A stretch of 64,000 nucleotides of DNA from an uncultured Gemmatimonadales bacterium (GCA_963707505.1 CAVPQB010000004.1:992001-1056000), one strand, 5' to 3'. Shown: positions 49,040 to 60,920, counted from the stretch's first letter. Translations and numbers: made by a program. Notes: generated by a model from the letters alone, not told the origin.

Positions 49040-50351
49040 ATGATCGTAGCGGGGCTCGTTCTCCTGCTCCAGACAGCTGCAACCGTTGGTCGTCAGACGA
49101 ACTCGCGCGCGCAGGCTGTGCCGGCGCCTCCTGAATCGGTCGTGGTGCGCACACCCGCGCGCACAACCACGTTGCAGCTCGTCAACACCGCTGGCGTCGT
49201 CGGCGTCGATGCCAGCAAGCTCGCAAGCGCACTCGGCGGAACGTTCAAGCTTACATCGCCAAGCCACTATTCACTGACCGTCGGCGACTCGCACATCAGC
49301 TTCACGGATGCAGTCCCGTTCGCGGGCGACGATTCGACGATAGTTCCGATGACGTCACCACCGCGCGTCGTCGGCAAAAACGTCATCCTCCCGTTCTTCG
49401 TTGTGACCGAGTTGGTGCCGCGCTTTTTTTCGGGCTACATGTACGACCCGGACCTGCACGAGGTACGTCAGTTCGACAGTGCTGCGCGCCGAGTGCAGGC
49501 GCGAGCAGCAGCGCCACCCGATACGCCTGCGGCTGGCGCAACGCCGCGCGACATCGGTGAGGCTGCGGCCATAGCACGGGTCGCCTCGGAGACGCCCGTT
49601 CGTGTCAAGCGGCCTGGCCATCGCCTGATCGTCGTCGATGCGGGACATGGTGGAGTCGATCCTGGAATGCATGGACCTATCGGCGGCGGGCCGCAGATCC
49701 TGGAGAAGAACATCACCCTCGCCGTGTCGAAAATGCTCGCTACAGCGCTGCGCGACGAGGGCGCCGATGTGTTGATGACACGCACCACGGACACGCTGAT
49801 CGGTCTGTACGATCGCGGCCCGATCGCCAACAAGGCGCGCGGCGACATCTTCGTTTCGATTCACGTCAACGCAACCGGCCAGCGCGGGGCCGCCGCTGCG
49901 CGAGACCGCGGTTATGAGACGTACTTTCTTGCCGAAGCGAAGACGGAAGATGCAAAGCGTGTGGAACGCATGGAAAACGAAGCCGTGCGTTTCGAGACCG
50001 CCGATCCAAACACGAAGAAGGGCGATCCGCTCAACTTCATTCTCAACGACATGGCGCAGAACGAACACCTGCGCGAGAGCGCGGATCTCGCGGAACAGAT
50101 CGAGTCGGGGTTTCGATCGTTCCATCCCGGCCCGGATCGTGGCGTTCAACAGGCCAACTTCGCCGTGCTTGCGCGGCGCATTCATGCCCGCGGTGCTGGT
50201 CGAGATTGGCTTCGGCACAAACAGGTCCGAAGCCGCGTACATTAGTGATCCGGACAATGAGCGAAAGATCGCGCGCTCGATAGCAAAGTCGATAATGGCG
50301 TACATGGATAGATACGATGCACGCGTCGGCGGCGGGAGCACTGGTAAGTGA
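49040..50351 (+). CDS. N-acetylmuramoyl-L-alanine amidase (Amidase_3; frameshift near 50175)
   Basis: VDAGHGGVDPG, EKNITL, FVSIHVNA; MPAVLVEIGF in second frame. Confidence 0.9.
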
Positions 50352-51271
50352 CCGACCTTCGAGTGACGGCAGCGGGTGTACAGTTCCAGAACCCGATCAT
50401 ACTTGCGTCCGGAACCGCCGCCTTCGGCCGCGCGCTCGATGGTGTCGTGGATCTCGATGCGCTCGGCGGCATCGTCACGAAAGCCGTCAGTCTGGAGCCG
50501 CGTGGTGGCAACCTGGCACCTCGCGTCGCGGAGTTCGACGGCGGAATGCTCAACGCCGTGGGCCTCGCGAATCCCGGCGTCGAGGCGGTCAGGCGCGATG
50601 ATCTGCCGTGGCTCGCCGAACATGTCAAGCGCGCGCGCGTGATCGTGAACGTCGTCGGCAGTCGGACCGAAGACTTCGCGGATGTAGTGCGTCATCTGGA
50701 TGACTCCGACATCATCAGCGCGTTCGAGCTCAACGTCAGCTGTCCGAATGTTCGCGCCGGCGGAATCGAATTCTGCGCCGACAGTACGTCGCTCGCGGCA
50801 GTCGTATCTGGCGCCCGATCGGCAACGCGGAAACCGATCTTCGTGAAACTGTCCCCGGTGCTTCCGAATATTGGCGACGCTGCGCTCACTGCCGCGGCCG
50901 CTGGCGCTGATGGAATTACCGTCGTGAACACCCTGCCGGGACTTGTGGTGGACGTCGATGCCCGGCGCCCGCGGATCGGCTTCGGCAGCGGTGGCGCGAG
51001 CGGGCCGGGACTGCTGCCAATCGGCGTGCTGGCGACGCATCGCGTGCGAAGCGCGGTGTCGCTTCCGATCATCGGTGTCGGCGGCGTGACGACTGCGAGC
51101 GACGCACTGCAGTACATGATCGCCGGCGCGTCCCTCGTTGCGATTGGTACTGCAAGCCTGCGCGATCCCCGTGCCGCGGAGCGCATCGTGCGCGATCTGT
51201 CGCGCTGGTGCGACGAACACGATGTGAGCGCGATTCAGAGCATCGTCGGCACGCTGCAGTGGCCCGCATGA
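50348..51271 (+). CDS. pyrD: dihydroorotate dehydrogenase, class 1 catalytic subunit
   Basis: NAVGLANPG, ELNVSCPN, VKLSP, GGASGP, IIGVGG. Confidence 0.93.
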   Translation: MTDLRVTAAGVQFQNPIILASGTAAFGRALDGVVDLDALGGIVTKAVSLEPRGGNLAPRVAEFDGGMLNAVGLANPGVEAVRRDDLPWLAEHVKRARVIVNVVGSRTEDFADVVRHLDDSDIISAFELNVSCPNVRAGGIEFCADSTSLAAVVSGARSATRKPIFVKLSPVLPNIGDAALTAAAAGADGITVVNTLPGLVVDVDARRPRIGFGSGGASGPGLLPIGVLATHRVRSAVSLPIIGVGGVTTASDALQYMIAGASLVAIGTASLRDPRAAERIVRDLSRWCDEHDVSAIQSIVGTLQWPA

Positions 51272-51978
51272 CGGAAGTCCGCACCGCAACGCCGATCGTC
51301 GCTCTGGATTTCTGGATGCCCGACGCCGCGCTGCAGATGGTCGACCTGCTTGGCGACCGGTGCGACTTCTACAAGGTCGGCGGCGAGCTCTTTACTGTGG
51401 CGGGGCCGACCATCGTGCGGCAGCTGGTCGCGCGCGGCAAGCGTGTCTTTCTCGATCTCAAGTTTCACGACATTCCGAACACCGTGGAGAAGGCCGTCGC
51501 CGCGGCCGCGGAGCTGGGCGCGTCGATAGTCACCGTTCACGCGAGTGGTGGCGTGCGGATGATCCGGGCAGCGGTGGAAATCGCGGGACCAGGTTGCGAG
51601 GTCTTCGCCGTGACGGTCCTGACCTCGCTTACGGGCGCCGATCTGGACGCGGCGTGGGGCGGGGAGCGCGGCAGTGGACCCGCCGATCTCACACCCGACG
51701 TTTTACGGCTGGCCAGGCTGGCGCAGGGTGCCGGCGCCGCGGGCGTGGTCTGCAGCGGGCTGGAGGCTCCGGTCCTCAGGGACAGCTTCGGCGCGGCCCT
51801 CAAGCTCCTGGTCCCCGGGGTCCGCCTGCCCGGGAGCGACCGGGGCGACCAGAGCCGCGTTGTGACGCCCGCCGAGGCGGCCAGGGCCGGCGCTTCGTAC
51901 GTGGTGTTGGGCCGAACCGTTACCTCGGCGAATGACCCGGCGGGAGCCATGGATCAGGCGGTTGCGTCTCTGGCCTGA
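51268..51978 (+). CDS. pyrF: orotidine-5'-phosphate decarboxylase
   Basis: FLDLKFHDIPNT, VTVLTS, VPGVR, DQSR. Confidence 0.96.
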   Translation: MTEVRTATPIVALDFWMPDAALQMVDLLGDRCDFYKVGGELFTVAGPTIVRQLVARGKRVFLDLKFHDIPNTVEKAVAAAAELGASIVTVHASGGVRMIRAAVEIAGPGCEVFAVTVLTSLTGADLDAAWGGERGSGPADLTPDVLRLARLAQGAGAAGVVCSGLEAPVLRDSFGAALKLLVPGVRLPGSDRGDQSRVVTPAEAARAGASYVVLGRTVTSANDPAGAMDQAVASLA

Positions 51979-52020
51979 CCGGACTATTTTCAAAGGCTGA
52001 CCCAAAATTCGGAGCAGTTC

Positions 52021-52136
52021 GTGAAAGTACGTAGCAGCGTCAAGCCGATCTGCGAGCACTGCAAGGTGATCAAGCGCCAGGGCGTGATCGCATCATCTGC
52101 AGCCGCAATCCCAAGCACAAGCAGCGTCAGGGTTAA
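52021..52136 (+). CDS. rpmJ: 50S ribosomal protein L36 (one base missing near 52088)
   Basis: [22 protein letters not shown] / [15 protein letters not shown]. Confidence 0.93.
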
Positions 52137-52139
52137 TTA

Positions 52140-52518
52140 ATGGCTCGTATTGCTGGCGTGGATCTTCCGCGCGACAAGAAGGTCGAGATCGGGCTTACCT
52201 ACATCTTCGGCATCGGTCGCGCGACCGCGCAGTCGCATTCTCGAATCGACGGGCGTGAGTCCGAGCAGCGTGTTCGCGATCTGAACGATGCTGATACGAA
52301 CAAGCTTCGTCAGGCGATCGAGAGGGACTTCAAGCGTCGAGGGCGCTCTTCGCACCGAAGTCGCGATGAACATCAAGCGGCTCATGGACATCGGCTCGTA
52401 TCGCGGCATTCGTCACCGCCGCGGTCTGCCGGTTCGTGGACAGCGCACGCACACCAACGCCCGCACCAAGAAGGGGCCGCGCCGCGCGATCGCCGGCAAG
52501 AAGAAGGTCACGAAGTAA
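52140..52518 (+). CDS. rpsM: 30S ribosomal protein S13 (frameshifts)
   Basis: [26 protein letters not shown]. Confidence 0.95.
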
Positions 52519-52521
52519 CAC

Positions 52522-52902
52522 ATGGCAACTGGCGAAGAAAGTAAAGAACGCATCATCGAGGCCGAAGGCATCGCTCACGTCTCGGCGACGTTCAACAACA
52601 CGACCATCACGATCACCGACACCCACGGGAATACGATCTCCTGGGGCTCGTCAGGAAAGGCCGGCTTCAAGGGATCCAAGAAGTCCACTCCGTTCGCCGC
52701 GACCGTCGCGGGTGAGCAGGCCGGACGCGAGGCGGTCACGCTCGGCGTTCGCCGCGTGCACGTGCGCGTGCAGGGACCTGGCTCCGGTCGCGAGTCAGCG
52801 ATCCAGGCGCTCGTCGCCGCTGGTCTGCAGGTCAAGTCGATCAAGGACGTCACGCCGATTCCACACAACGGCTGCCGTCCGCCCAAGCGTCGGAGAGTCT
52901 AG
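52522..52902 (+). CDS. rpsK: 30S ribosomal protein S11
   Basis: [38 protein letters not shown]. Confidence 0.97.
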   Translation: MATGEESKERIIEAEGIAHVSATFNNTTITITDTHGNTISWGSSGKAGFKGSKKSTPFAATVAGEQAGREAVTLGVRRVHVRVQGPGSGRESAIQALVAAGLQVKSIKDVTPIPHNGCRPPKRRRV

Positions 52903-52905
52903 TCC

Positions 52906-53547
52906 ATGCGTTACACAGGACCAAGCTGCCGACAGTGCCGCCGCGAGGGAACGAAGCTGTTCCTCAAGGGCACCAAGTGCTTCACCGAGAAGTGCCCGGT
53001 CGAGCGTCGTCCGACGCCGCCGGGACAGCACGGCGCGATCGACCGCCCGCCGTCGCAAGATGTCGGAGTACTCGAAGCAGCTGCGCGAGAAGCAGAAGAT
53101 CAAGCGCATCTACGGCGTGAGCGAGAAGCAGTTCCGCAACACGTTCGAGCGCGTCGCGACCGCTGCCCGGAATCACCGGACACAATCTTCTCGCCGCGCT
53201 CGAGAGTCGCGTCTCGACAACGTCGTGTACCGCATGGGCTTCGCGCGGCAGCCGCAAGGCAGCTCGCCAGCTCGTTCGTCACCGTCACGTCGAGGTGAAT
53301 CAGCAGGTCGGTGGACATCCCGAGCTTCCTCGTGCAGCCGGGCCAGGAAGATTCGCGTTCGCGTGAAGTCACGCGAGCAGGCCTGCGATCATCGTCGTCC
53401 ATGGATCAGGCCTCGCGCGGCGCTCCGCTCTCGTGGATCGCCGTCGACAGGGAGTCGTTCAGCGGCCGGATGCTCGAGCGTCCGACCCGACCGAACATTC
53501 CGATCGCGGCGCAGGAACAGCTGGTCGTGGAGTTGTACTCGAAGTAG
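52906..53547 (+). CDS. rpsD: 30S ribosomal protein S4, Cys-containing type (frameshifts)
   Basis: [43 protein letters not shown]. Confidence 0.95.
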
Positions 53548-53608
53548 GGCAGGCACGGGGGCTGCGTAAGGGTCCGTGGTGTCCGGATGGTTGTCTTACG
53601 TGGTTGTC

Positions 53609-53634
53609 GTAGGGGCGGGCCCCCGTGCCCGCCC
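53609..53634 (+). repeat. GTAG-type REP-like palindrome
   Basis: GTAG-GGGCGGGC-CCCCGT-GCCCGCCC; degenerate inverted relative at 53547-53565. Confidence 0.65.
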
Positions 53635-53725
53635 TCGCCGTATCGTAGTAAACGAGACCCTAACCCTCGTACCGACTTACCACGCGTTAGGGGCGGGGTA
53701 GACGGTTAAGGAATCAGACAAACAC

Positions 53726-54808
53726 ATGGCTAACGCAATCGATCTCCGCGGACTCGTACGTCCGCAGCTGGTAGAAGTCGACGAAGCGCGAGGACAATCC
53801 CAACGTCGCCGAGTTCCGGCTGCAGCCGCTCGAGCGCGGCTTCGGCCACACACTCGGCAATGCAATGCGCCGCATGCTTCTTTCGTCGCTGCGCGGCTCT
53901 GCCGTTTGGGGGTTCCGCATCGATGGCGTCGTACACGAGCACCAGACCATTCCGGGTGTCGTCGAAGACGTTCACCAGATCATCGGCAAACTTGAAGACG
54001 CTCGTCCTGAGCCTCGACGATGCGACCGAGACCACTGTCGTTCGCGTCACCAAGACCGGACCGGCGCGATCAAGGCCAGCGACATCAACGGCAGCGGCCG
54101 GACGTCACCGTTCTCGACCGCGACCATCACCTCTTCACGCTGCAGGACGATCGCGATATCAACGTCGAGCTGTACGTGAATCACGGCCGCGGTTACGTCG
54201 AGGCCGATCAGCACGTCGTCGACCGGACTCTTCCGGTCGACCTCGTCCGCATCGACTCGATCTACAACCCTGTTCGCCGCTGCAACTTCGCTGTCGACGA
54301 GACGCGCGTTGGACAGCGCACGGACTACGATCGTCTGACGCTGACCGTCGAGACCAACGGCACGATCACGCCCGAAGAGGCGGTGAGCTATGCCGCGGCT
54401 CTGGCGCAAACGCACTTCCAGTATTTCGCGGGCTTCGGCTCGCACACGTCGGCGCCGATCACGGCGGGCCAGCGACATGGGCGGCAACGACGCAGCGCGT
54501 CTGGCGCAGCTGCTCTCGCACGCCGATCGAAGATCTCGAGCTCTCCGTTCGCTCCGTCAACTCGCTCAAGAACACCGAGATCCGCACACTCGGCGATCTC
54601 GTCAAGCGCACCGAGGAGTCAGATCCTCCAGGTCAAGAACTTCGGCAAGAAGTCGCTGAACGAGATCGCAGAGCTGCTCGAGCGCGAGAATCTGAACTTC
54701 GGCATGAAGTTCGAGGAGTCGGAAGACGGCGTGCGGATCACGGATCGGGGCACCCCGCCGAACCGCACCGCGCTCGCCGAAGCCGCCATCGGCGACGACG
54801 ACGAATAA
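53726..54808 (+). CDS. rpoA: RNA polymerase alpha subunit (frameshifts)
   Basis: [51 protein letters not shown]. Confidence 0.95.
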
Positions 54809-54811
54809 CGT

Positions 54812-54836
54812 GTACGGGCAGGCTCCGTGCCTGCCC
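54812..54836 (+). repeat. REP-like palindrome, same family as 53609
   Basis: GTAC-GGGCAGGC-TCCGT-GCCTGCCC. Confidence 0.6.
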
Positions 54837-54858
54837 TAAATGGACCTGAGGATTTTAG

Positions 54859-55222
54859 ATGCGACATAGAAAAGTCGGCCGGCAACTTCGGCGCACCCCC
54901 GAGCAGCGGCTCGCGCTGCTTCGGAAGCCTTGCGCAGTCGCTGATCGAGCACGGCGCGATCGAGACGACCGAGGCCAAGGCCAAGGAGCTGCGGCCGTTC
55001 GTCGAGAAGCTCATCACGAAGGCGAAGGAAGGCACGCTCCACTCGCGCCGTCTTGCGGCTCGTCACGTGCAGCAGCGCGCGGTGAACGACAAGCTGTTCC
55101 AGGAAGTCGCACCGAAGTTCGCGACGCGGCAGGGCGGCTACACGCGCATCCTCAAGACTGGCCATCGCAAGGGTGACGGCGCCGAGATGGCCCGCATCGA
55201 GCTCATGCCGGAGACCAAGTGA
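54859..55222 (+). CDS. rplQ: 50S ribosomal protein L17 (frameshift near 54927)
   Basis: [37 protein letters not shown]. Confidence 0.95.
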
Positions 55223-55473
55223 AGACGAAGAGCCAACTCGCTGAGAAGCGCACCAAGGCGATCGAGCGGAACAAGTGCTATGCCTGCGACAAGGGCGTTA
55301 CATTCGGCAACAACGTTTCGCATGCGAACAACAAGACACGCCGCACCTGGAAGCCCAATCTTCAGGTCGCACGCGTCGTCGTCGACGACAAGATCATCAA
55401 GGTGAAGGTCTGCACGAGCTGCCTCGCGGCCGGCAAGGTTGTCCGCGCGCCGCGGAGTCAGGCGGTAGCCTGA
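55219..55473 (+). CDS. rpmB: 50S ribosomal protein L28
   Basis: [32 protein letters not shown]. Confidence 0.95.
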   Translation: MKTKSQLAEKRTKAIERNKCYACDKGVTFGNNVSHANNKTRRTWKPNLQVARVVVDDKIIKVKVCTSCLAAGKVVRAPRSQAVA

Positions 55474-55504
55474 ACGCCCTGACGGCTTCAGATTCCTCCT
55501 CATT

Positions 55505-55533
55505 CGGGGCGACTCGTCAGTCGCCCCGTTTTT
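55505..55533 (+). terminator. Rho-independent terminator of the ribosomal operon
   Basis: CGGGGCGACT-cgtc-AGTCGCCCCG followed by T5. Confidence 0.85.
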
Positions 55534-55551
55534 GTATCTTAGAAGGTCGAA

Positions 55552-58500
55552 ATGCCAAAGCGTACTGATATCCACCGCATCCTCGTCATTGGCTCCGGAC
55601 CGATCGTCATCGGTCAGGGCGCCGAGTTCGACTACTCGGGCACACAGGCGACAAAGGCGCTGAAGGAAGAAGGATACGAGGTGATTCTCGTCAACTCGAA
55701 TCCCGCCACCATCATGACCGATCCGGAGTTCGCCGACGCGACATACGTCGAGCCGGTAACGCCGAAGTTCGTCGAGCTCGTGATCGAGAAGGAGCGCCCC
55801 GACGCGCTGCTGCCGACGATGGGCGGTCAGACGGCGCTCAACGTCGCGATGTCGCTGTCGCAGAACGGTGTGCTCGAGAAGTACGGCGTCGAGCTGATCG
55901 GCGCCGACGAGCGTGCGATACGCATCGCCGAGGATCGCGCACTGTTCAACGAGGCGATGAAACGCATCGGATTGCAGGTCGCGCGCGGCGGAACGGCGAC
56001 GACCTTCGACGAAGCGCTCGTGCTCGTCGAGGACACGGGTTTTCCGTCGATCATCCGACCTGCGTTCACGCTCGGCGGCAGCGGCGGTGGAATCGCTTAC
56101 AATCGCGACGAGTTCGAGGAGATCGTGCGAGCGCGGGCTCGATCTCTCGCCGATGAGTCAGGTGCTCGTCGAGCGCAGTCTCATCGGATGGAAGGAATTC
56201 GAGCTCGAAGTGATGCGTGATGCGGCCGACAACGTCGTCATCGTGTGCTCGATCGAGAACATCGATCCGATGGGCGTGCATACCGGTGACTCGATACCGT
56301 GCGCGCCCGCAATGACGCTCACCGATCGTGAGTATCAGACTCATGCGGGACGCGTCGGTCGCGATCATTCGCGAGATCGGTGTCGAGGCTGGCGGATGCA
56401 ACATTCAGTTCGCGATCAATCCCGCGGACGGCGAGATGATAGTCATCGAGATGAATCCGCGCGTGTCGCGCTCGTCCGCGCTCGCGTCCAAGGCGACGGG
56501 CTTTCCGATCGCGCGCATCGGTGCCAAGCTCGCCGTCGGATACAGACTCGACGAGATTCCGAACGACATCACACGCACCACTCCGGCATCCTTCGAGCCG
56601 GTGCTCGATTACGTGGTCGTCAAGTGCCCACGTTTCGCGTTCGAGAAGTTCACGCTCCGCCAAGCGCGCATCTCACGACGCAGATGAAATCTGTCGGCGA
56701 GTCGATGGCGATCGGCCGCACATTCAAGGAAGCGTTCCAGAAGGGGCTGCGCGCACTCGAGACCGGCCGCTCCGGTTGGGACAGTCGGCTCGCGTCTCAT
56801 CGACGATCGTCTCGCTGACGACTCCGCGGATACGTTGCGCGGCTGCGCTGCGCCAGCCGACGCCGGAGCGAATCTTTCAGATCAAGCGCGCCATGCTCAG
56901 CCGGTTTCACTGTCGCCGAGATTTACGAGCTCACCTGGATCGATCCCTGGTTCCTCGAGCAGATGCATGAGCTGATCGACGCCGAGCGGAGGTGGACTGC
57001 GCTGCCGGAAATTGACGGCGACCGAGCTGCGGCGCATGAAGCGCATGGGGTTTTCCGATCGGCAGCTCGGCGACCTGCGCGGCGAATCCGAGGGCGACGA
57101 TGCGCGCGCAACGCTGGGCATTCGGCGTGCGGCCCGCGTACAAGATGGTCGATACCTGCGCCGGTGAGTTTCCCTCGGCGACGCCGTATCTGTACAGCTC
57201 GCTACGACGAGGAGAGCGAAGCACCGCCAACAGGCCGGAAGTCCATCGTCATACTCGGCAGCGGTCCGAACCGTATTGGGCAGGGCGTCGAGTTCGACTA
57301 CTGCTGCGTGCGCGCGTCACTCGCACTGCGCGACCAGGGATACGAGACGATCATGATCAACTCGAATCCGGAGACTGTCTCGACCGACTTCGACATCTCC
57401 GACAAGCTGTACTTCGAGCCGCTGACGCTGGAGCACGTGCTCGACATCGTCGATCGCGAGCAGCCCGTTGGCGTGATCGTGCAGCTTGGCGGTCAGACTC
57501 CGCTCAAGCTGACGCGCGGTCTCGAAGCCGCGGGTGTGCCGATACTCGGCACATCAGCCCGACGCGATCGACATCGCCGAGGATCGGCAACGCTTCGACG
57601 CGATCGCGCGCAAGCTCGGAATTCGGCAGCCTGAAAACGGGACCGCGACGAGTGTCGCCGGCGCCGTCGAAGCTGCGAACGCGCATCGGCTATCCCGTCC
57701 TCGTCCGGCCGTCGTACGTGCTTGGCGGACGCGCGATGGAGATCGTGTACGACGAGGACTCGCTGCGCGAGTACTTCGAGCGTGCGGCGCGCGTATCCGA
57801 AGACAGGCCGGTTCTGATCGACCAGCTTTCTGGAGGACGCGTTCGAGGCCGACGTCGATGCGATATCGCGACGGAGAGCAGGTCGTGATCGGCGGCATCA
57901 TGCAGCACATCGAGGATGCGGGTATCCACTCCGGCGATTCTGCGTGCGTTCTGCCGCCGTATCTGATCGGCGAGGACGAGCAGGAGACGATGCGCGGACA
58001 CACCGTTGCGTTGGCCGAAGGCGCTTGGACGTGGTCGGATTGATCAACGTGCAGTACGCGATCAAGGACGGCGTGGTGTACGTGCTCGAAGTGAATCCAC
58101 GCGGCAGTCGCACGGTTCCCTTCGTGTCGAAGACCATCGGCGTTCCGCTCGCGTCGATCGCCGCGCGTGTGATGGCCGGAGAGAAGCTCGCCGACATCGG
58201 TTTCACCGAAGAAGTGCTTCCACCGTACGTCGCGGTGAAGGAAGCGGTGTTTCCGTTCAACAAGTTTCGTGAGTTCGATCCCATCCTCGGTCCCGAGATG
58301 CGATCGACGGGCGAGGTGATGGGGACGTCGGAGTCGTTCGGAAGTGCGTTCTACAAGGCGCAGCTCGCCGCTGACAACGGATTGCCGATGAGTGGCGGCG
58401 TCTTCGTCTCGGTGAATGATTCCGACAAGGCATCGGTCACGCCGATCGTGCGCCGATTCTACGAGCTCGGCTTCACCATCCACGCAACCGAGGGAACCGG

Positions 58501-58813
58501 CAGGCATCTGCGCAAGCTTGGCATCCCGGTGACGAAGGTGTACAAGGTGCATGAAGGCCGGCCACACGTGATCGATCTCATCGTCAACGGGACTGTTCAG
58601 CTTCTGATCAACACGCCAATGGGCAAGCGTGCGCAGAAGGACGATTACTCCATGCGCCAGGCAGCCATTGCGCACCATGTTCCGTACACGACGACGCTCT
58701 CGGCTGCGAGCGCCGCGTGCGATGCGGTGCTGGCGATGCGCTCGCGTCCCGCATCGGTCACGTCGCTGCAGGAATGGCACTCGCGTATCGAGCGCCCTGT
58801 CGAGGCGCGATGA
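55552..58813 (+). CDS. carB: carbamoyl-phosphate synthase large subunit (many frameshifts)
   Basis: [61 protein letters not shown] domain. Confidence 0.95.
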
Positions 58814-59379
58814 GCGACGACGTTTTCATTCACGAATCGGCGTTCGTCGACGAAGGCGCGCAGATCGGCGCCGGAACTCGGGTGTGGCACTTCTGTCACG
58901 TACTCGGTGGTGCAGTAATCGGAGAGCGTTGCTCACTCGGTCAGAACGTCGTCGTGATGAGTGGCACCCGCATCGGCACGAACGTAAAGATTCAGAACAA
59001 CGTGTCCATCTACGAAGGTGTGACACTCGAAGATGACGTGTTCTGCGGACCGTCGATGGTGTTTACCAACGTCATCAATCCGCGCAGCCACGTATCGAGG
59101 AAGAGTGAATATCGCGCCACTCTCGTCAAGCGCGGCTCGTCCATCGGGGCGAATGCAACGATCGTATGCGGATCGACGCTCGGTGAGTTTTGTTTCATTG
59201 GAGCGGGAGCAGTCGTATCGAAGGATGTCCCGGCATACGCGCTGATGGTTGGAGTACCCGCGCGTCGCGTCGGTTGGGTGTGCGAGTGCGGCGAGAAGCT
59301 GCCGGCCGGGGACGCTCCGGGATGTGAAGCATGCGGCAAGCAGTACGTGAATCACGGCAATACGATCGCCCGTGTCTGA
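58810..59379 (+). CDS. wbpD: hexapeptide N-acetyltransferase, WbpD-like
   Basis: [38 protein letters not shown]. Confidence 0.85.
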   Translation: MSDDVFIHESAFVDEGAQIGAGTRVWHFCHVLGGAVIGERCSLGQNVVVMSGTRIGTNVKIQNNVSIYEGVTLEDDVFCGPSMVFTNVINPRSHVSRKSEYRATLVKRGSSIGANATIVCGSTLGEFCFIGAGAVVSKDVPAYALMVGVPARRVGWVCECGEKLPAGDAPGCEACGKQYVNHGNTIARV

Positions 59380-60394
59380 GAATTTTCGCGTGGCGCTTGT
59401 CGGCTGCGGTCGCATAGCCAAGAATCATTTCGACGCGATGGAGCGCGTTGACGGACTGGATCTCGTCGCCGTCGCCGATATCATCCCGTCGCGCGCTGAG
59501 GCCGCGGGAGCGGCTAACGGCGTTCCCTTTTTCACATCGCTGGCTGAAATGATGGCAGCGGTGGAGTGCGACATCGTCACCGTTGCGACTCCGTCCGGAC
59601 TGCATCCCGTTCATGGAATCGAGGCCGCGCGTGCGGGGAAGCATGTCGTGAGCGAGAAACCGATGGCCATCTCGCTGGCCGGTGCGGATTCGCTGATCGA
59701 TGCGTGTGCTGAAGCCGGTGTCCGATTGTTCGTGGTGAAGCAGAACCGGTTGAACCCGGCGATCCAGCTCGTGAAGCGTGCGGTGGAGAAGGGCCGCTTC
59801 GGACGAATCCACTCCGCCAATTGCACCGTCCGCTGGGCTCGTCCGCAGGAATACTACGACCAGGCCCCGTGGCGCGGTACGTGGGCCATGGACGGCGGTG
59901 CATTCATGAACCAGGCCTCGCACTACGTGGACCTGATTCAGTGGCTTGCAGGGCCCGTCGCGAGCGTTGTAGCGATGACCGCGACGCAGGAGCGGAAGAT
60001 CGAAGCCGAGGATTCCGGCGCTGCGGTGCTGCGGTTTCAGAATGGCGCGATCGGCGTTCTCGACGTGACGATGCTGACGTATCCCAGGAACCTCGAAGGC
60101 TCGCTCACCATCCTCGGCGACCGCGGATCGGTGAAGATCGGCGGCACTGCGGTCAACCGCGTCGATACGTGGCTGTTCGAGGACTACGATGACGACGACA
60201 AGCTGATCGAGTCCGCCGCTACGACTCCGCCAACAGTTTACGGATTTGGCCACCAGGGCTACTACCGAAACGTGCTCCGGGTGCTACGCGGCGAGGCGGT
60301 GCCCGATACGGACGGCCGGGAAGGGAGGAAGTCGCTCGAGATCATTCTCGCGATCTACGAGTCGGCGCGGACGGGGAAGGTCGTCAGTCTGTAG
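59372..60394 (+). CDS. wbpB: Gfo/Idh/MocA oxidoreductase, UDP-GlcNAcA 3-dehydrogenase (WbpB/WlbA-like)
   Basis: [29 protein letters not shown]. Confidence 0.8.
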   Translation: MSENFRVALVGCGRIAKNHFDAMERVDGLDLVAVADIIPSRAEAAGAANGVPFFTSLAEMMAAVECDIVTVATPSGLHPVHGIEAARAGKHVVSEKPMAISLAGADSLIDACAEAGVRLFVVKQNRLNPAIQLVKRAVEKGRFGRIHSANCTVRWARPQEYYDQAPWRGTWAMDGGAFMNQASHYVDLIQWLAGPVASVVAMTATQERKIEAEDSGAAVLRFQNGAIGVLDVTMLTYPRNLEGSLTILGDRGSVKIGGTAVNRVDTWLFEDYDDDDKLIESAATTPPTVYGFGHQGYYRNVLRVLRGEAVPDTDGREGRKSLEIILAIYESARTGKVVSL

Positions 60395-60438
60395 GAGAAG
60401 CTCTCAACCCCAGGAAAACTCGTCAACACCCAGAAATT

Positions 60439-60466
60439 CGTCATCCCCGCGAAAGCGGGAATGACG
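60439..60466. repeat. GTCATCCCCGCGAAAGCGGGA hairpin (small dispersed palindrome or terminator)
   Basis: CGTCATCCCCGC-gaaa-GCGGGAATGACG, one mismatch, GNRA loop. Confidence 0.7.
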
Positions 60467-60476
60467 ATCTGCCGGA

Positions 60477-60771
60477 TCAGTCCTTACTCTCAGGCGGCTT
60501 GAGCCGTCCCGGCTCCGCCAGCAGCTTTGTCATGAACCGCTGGCCCTCAGCCATCCGCTCCACCTCCAGCGCCATGGCCTCGACGGCCCGTTCTATCCGC
60601 TCCATCCGCGCCTCGGCGGCCTCTCCGGATGGGAGGAGAACGGGGCCCCGTCATGCCCTTCTCGATGCGTCTGCCGTACGCTCGCGCCATGGGATAGCCG
60701 ATCCCGACGATCGCCGCAATCGCGACAAACGTGGCGTCGCGGATGATTGTATGTGCGGTAAACGGATCCAT
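60477..60771 (-). CDS. small TM plus coiled-coil hypothetical protein (one frameshift)
   Basis: MDPFTAH..IVGIGYPMARAYGRR then RMERIERAVEAMALEVERMAEGQRFMTKLLAE; GAGGAAGG RBS. Confidence 0.65.
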
Positions 60772-60920
60772 CCTTCCTCGCGGCCTGAGTAGCTGGGGCG
60801 GACACCTGGCGCCCATAGCGGAAATTAATTGACTTAGGGCGCTCCGACCGGCGATCTTTCCAGGCTGTATCGCCGTCTGTCCAGGCTCCTGCCTGGGCGG
60901 CGCGAGTAACCCCGCATATC

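Noticed and set aside
49355..51289. 644-aa minus-strand ORF
   Set aside because: Antisense to amidase and pyrD; no motifs
57554..58780. 408-aa minus-strand ORF and similar long antisense ORFs (25172, 34010, 37021, 59195, 62232)
   Set aside because: Shadows of well-supported plus-strand genes
52021..58813. Pseudogenised or programmed-frameshift ribosomal genes, rpoA and carB
   Set aside because: Essential genes with scattered indels and no consistent slippery motif; sequencing error is far more likely
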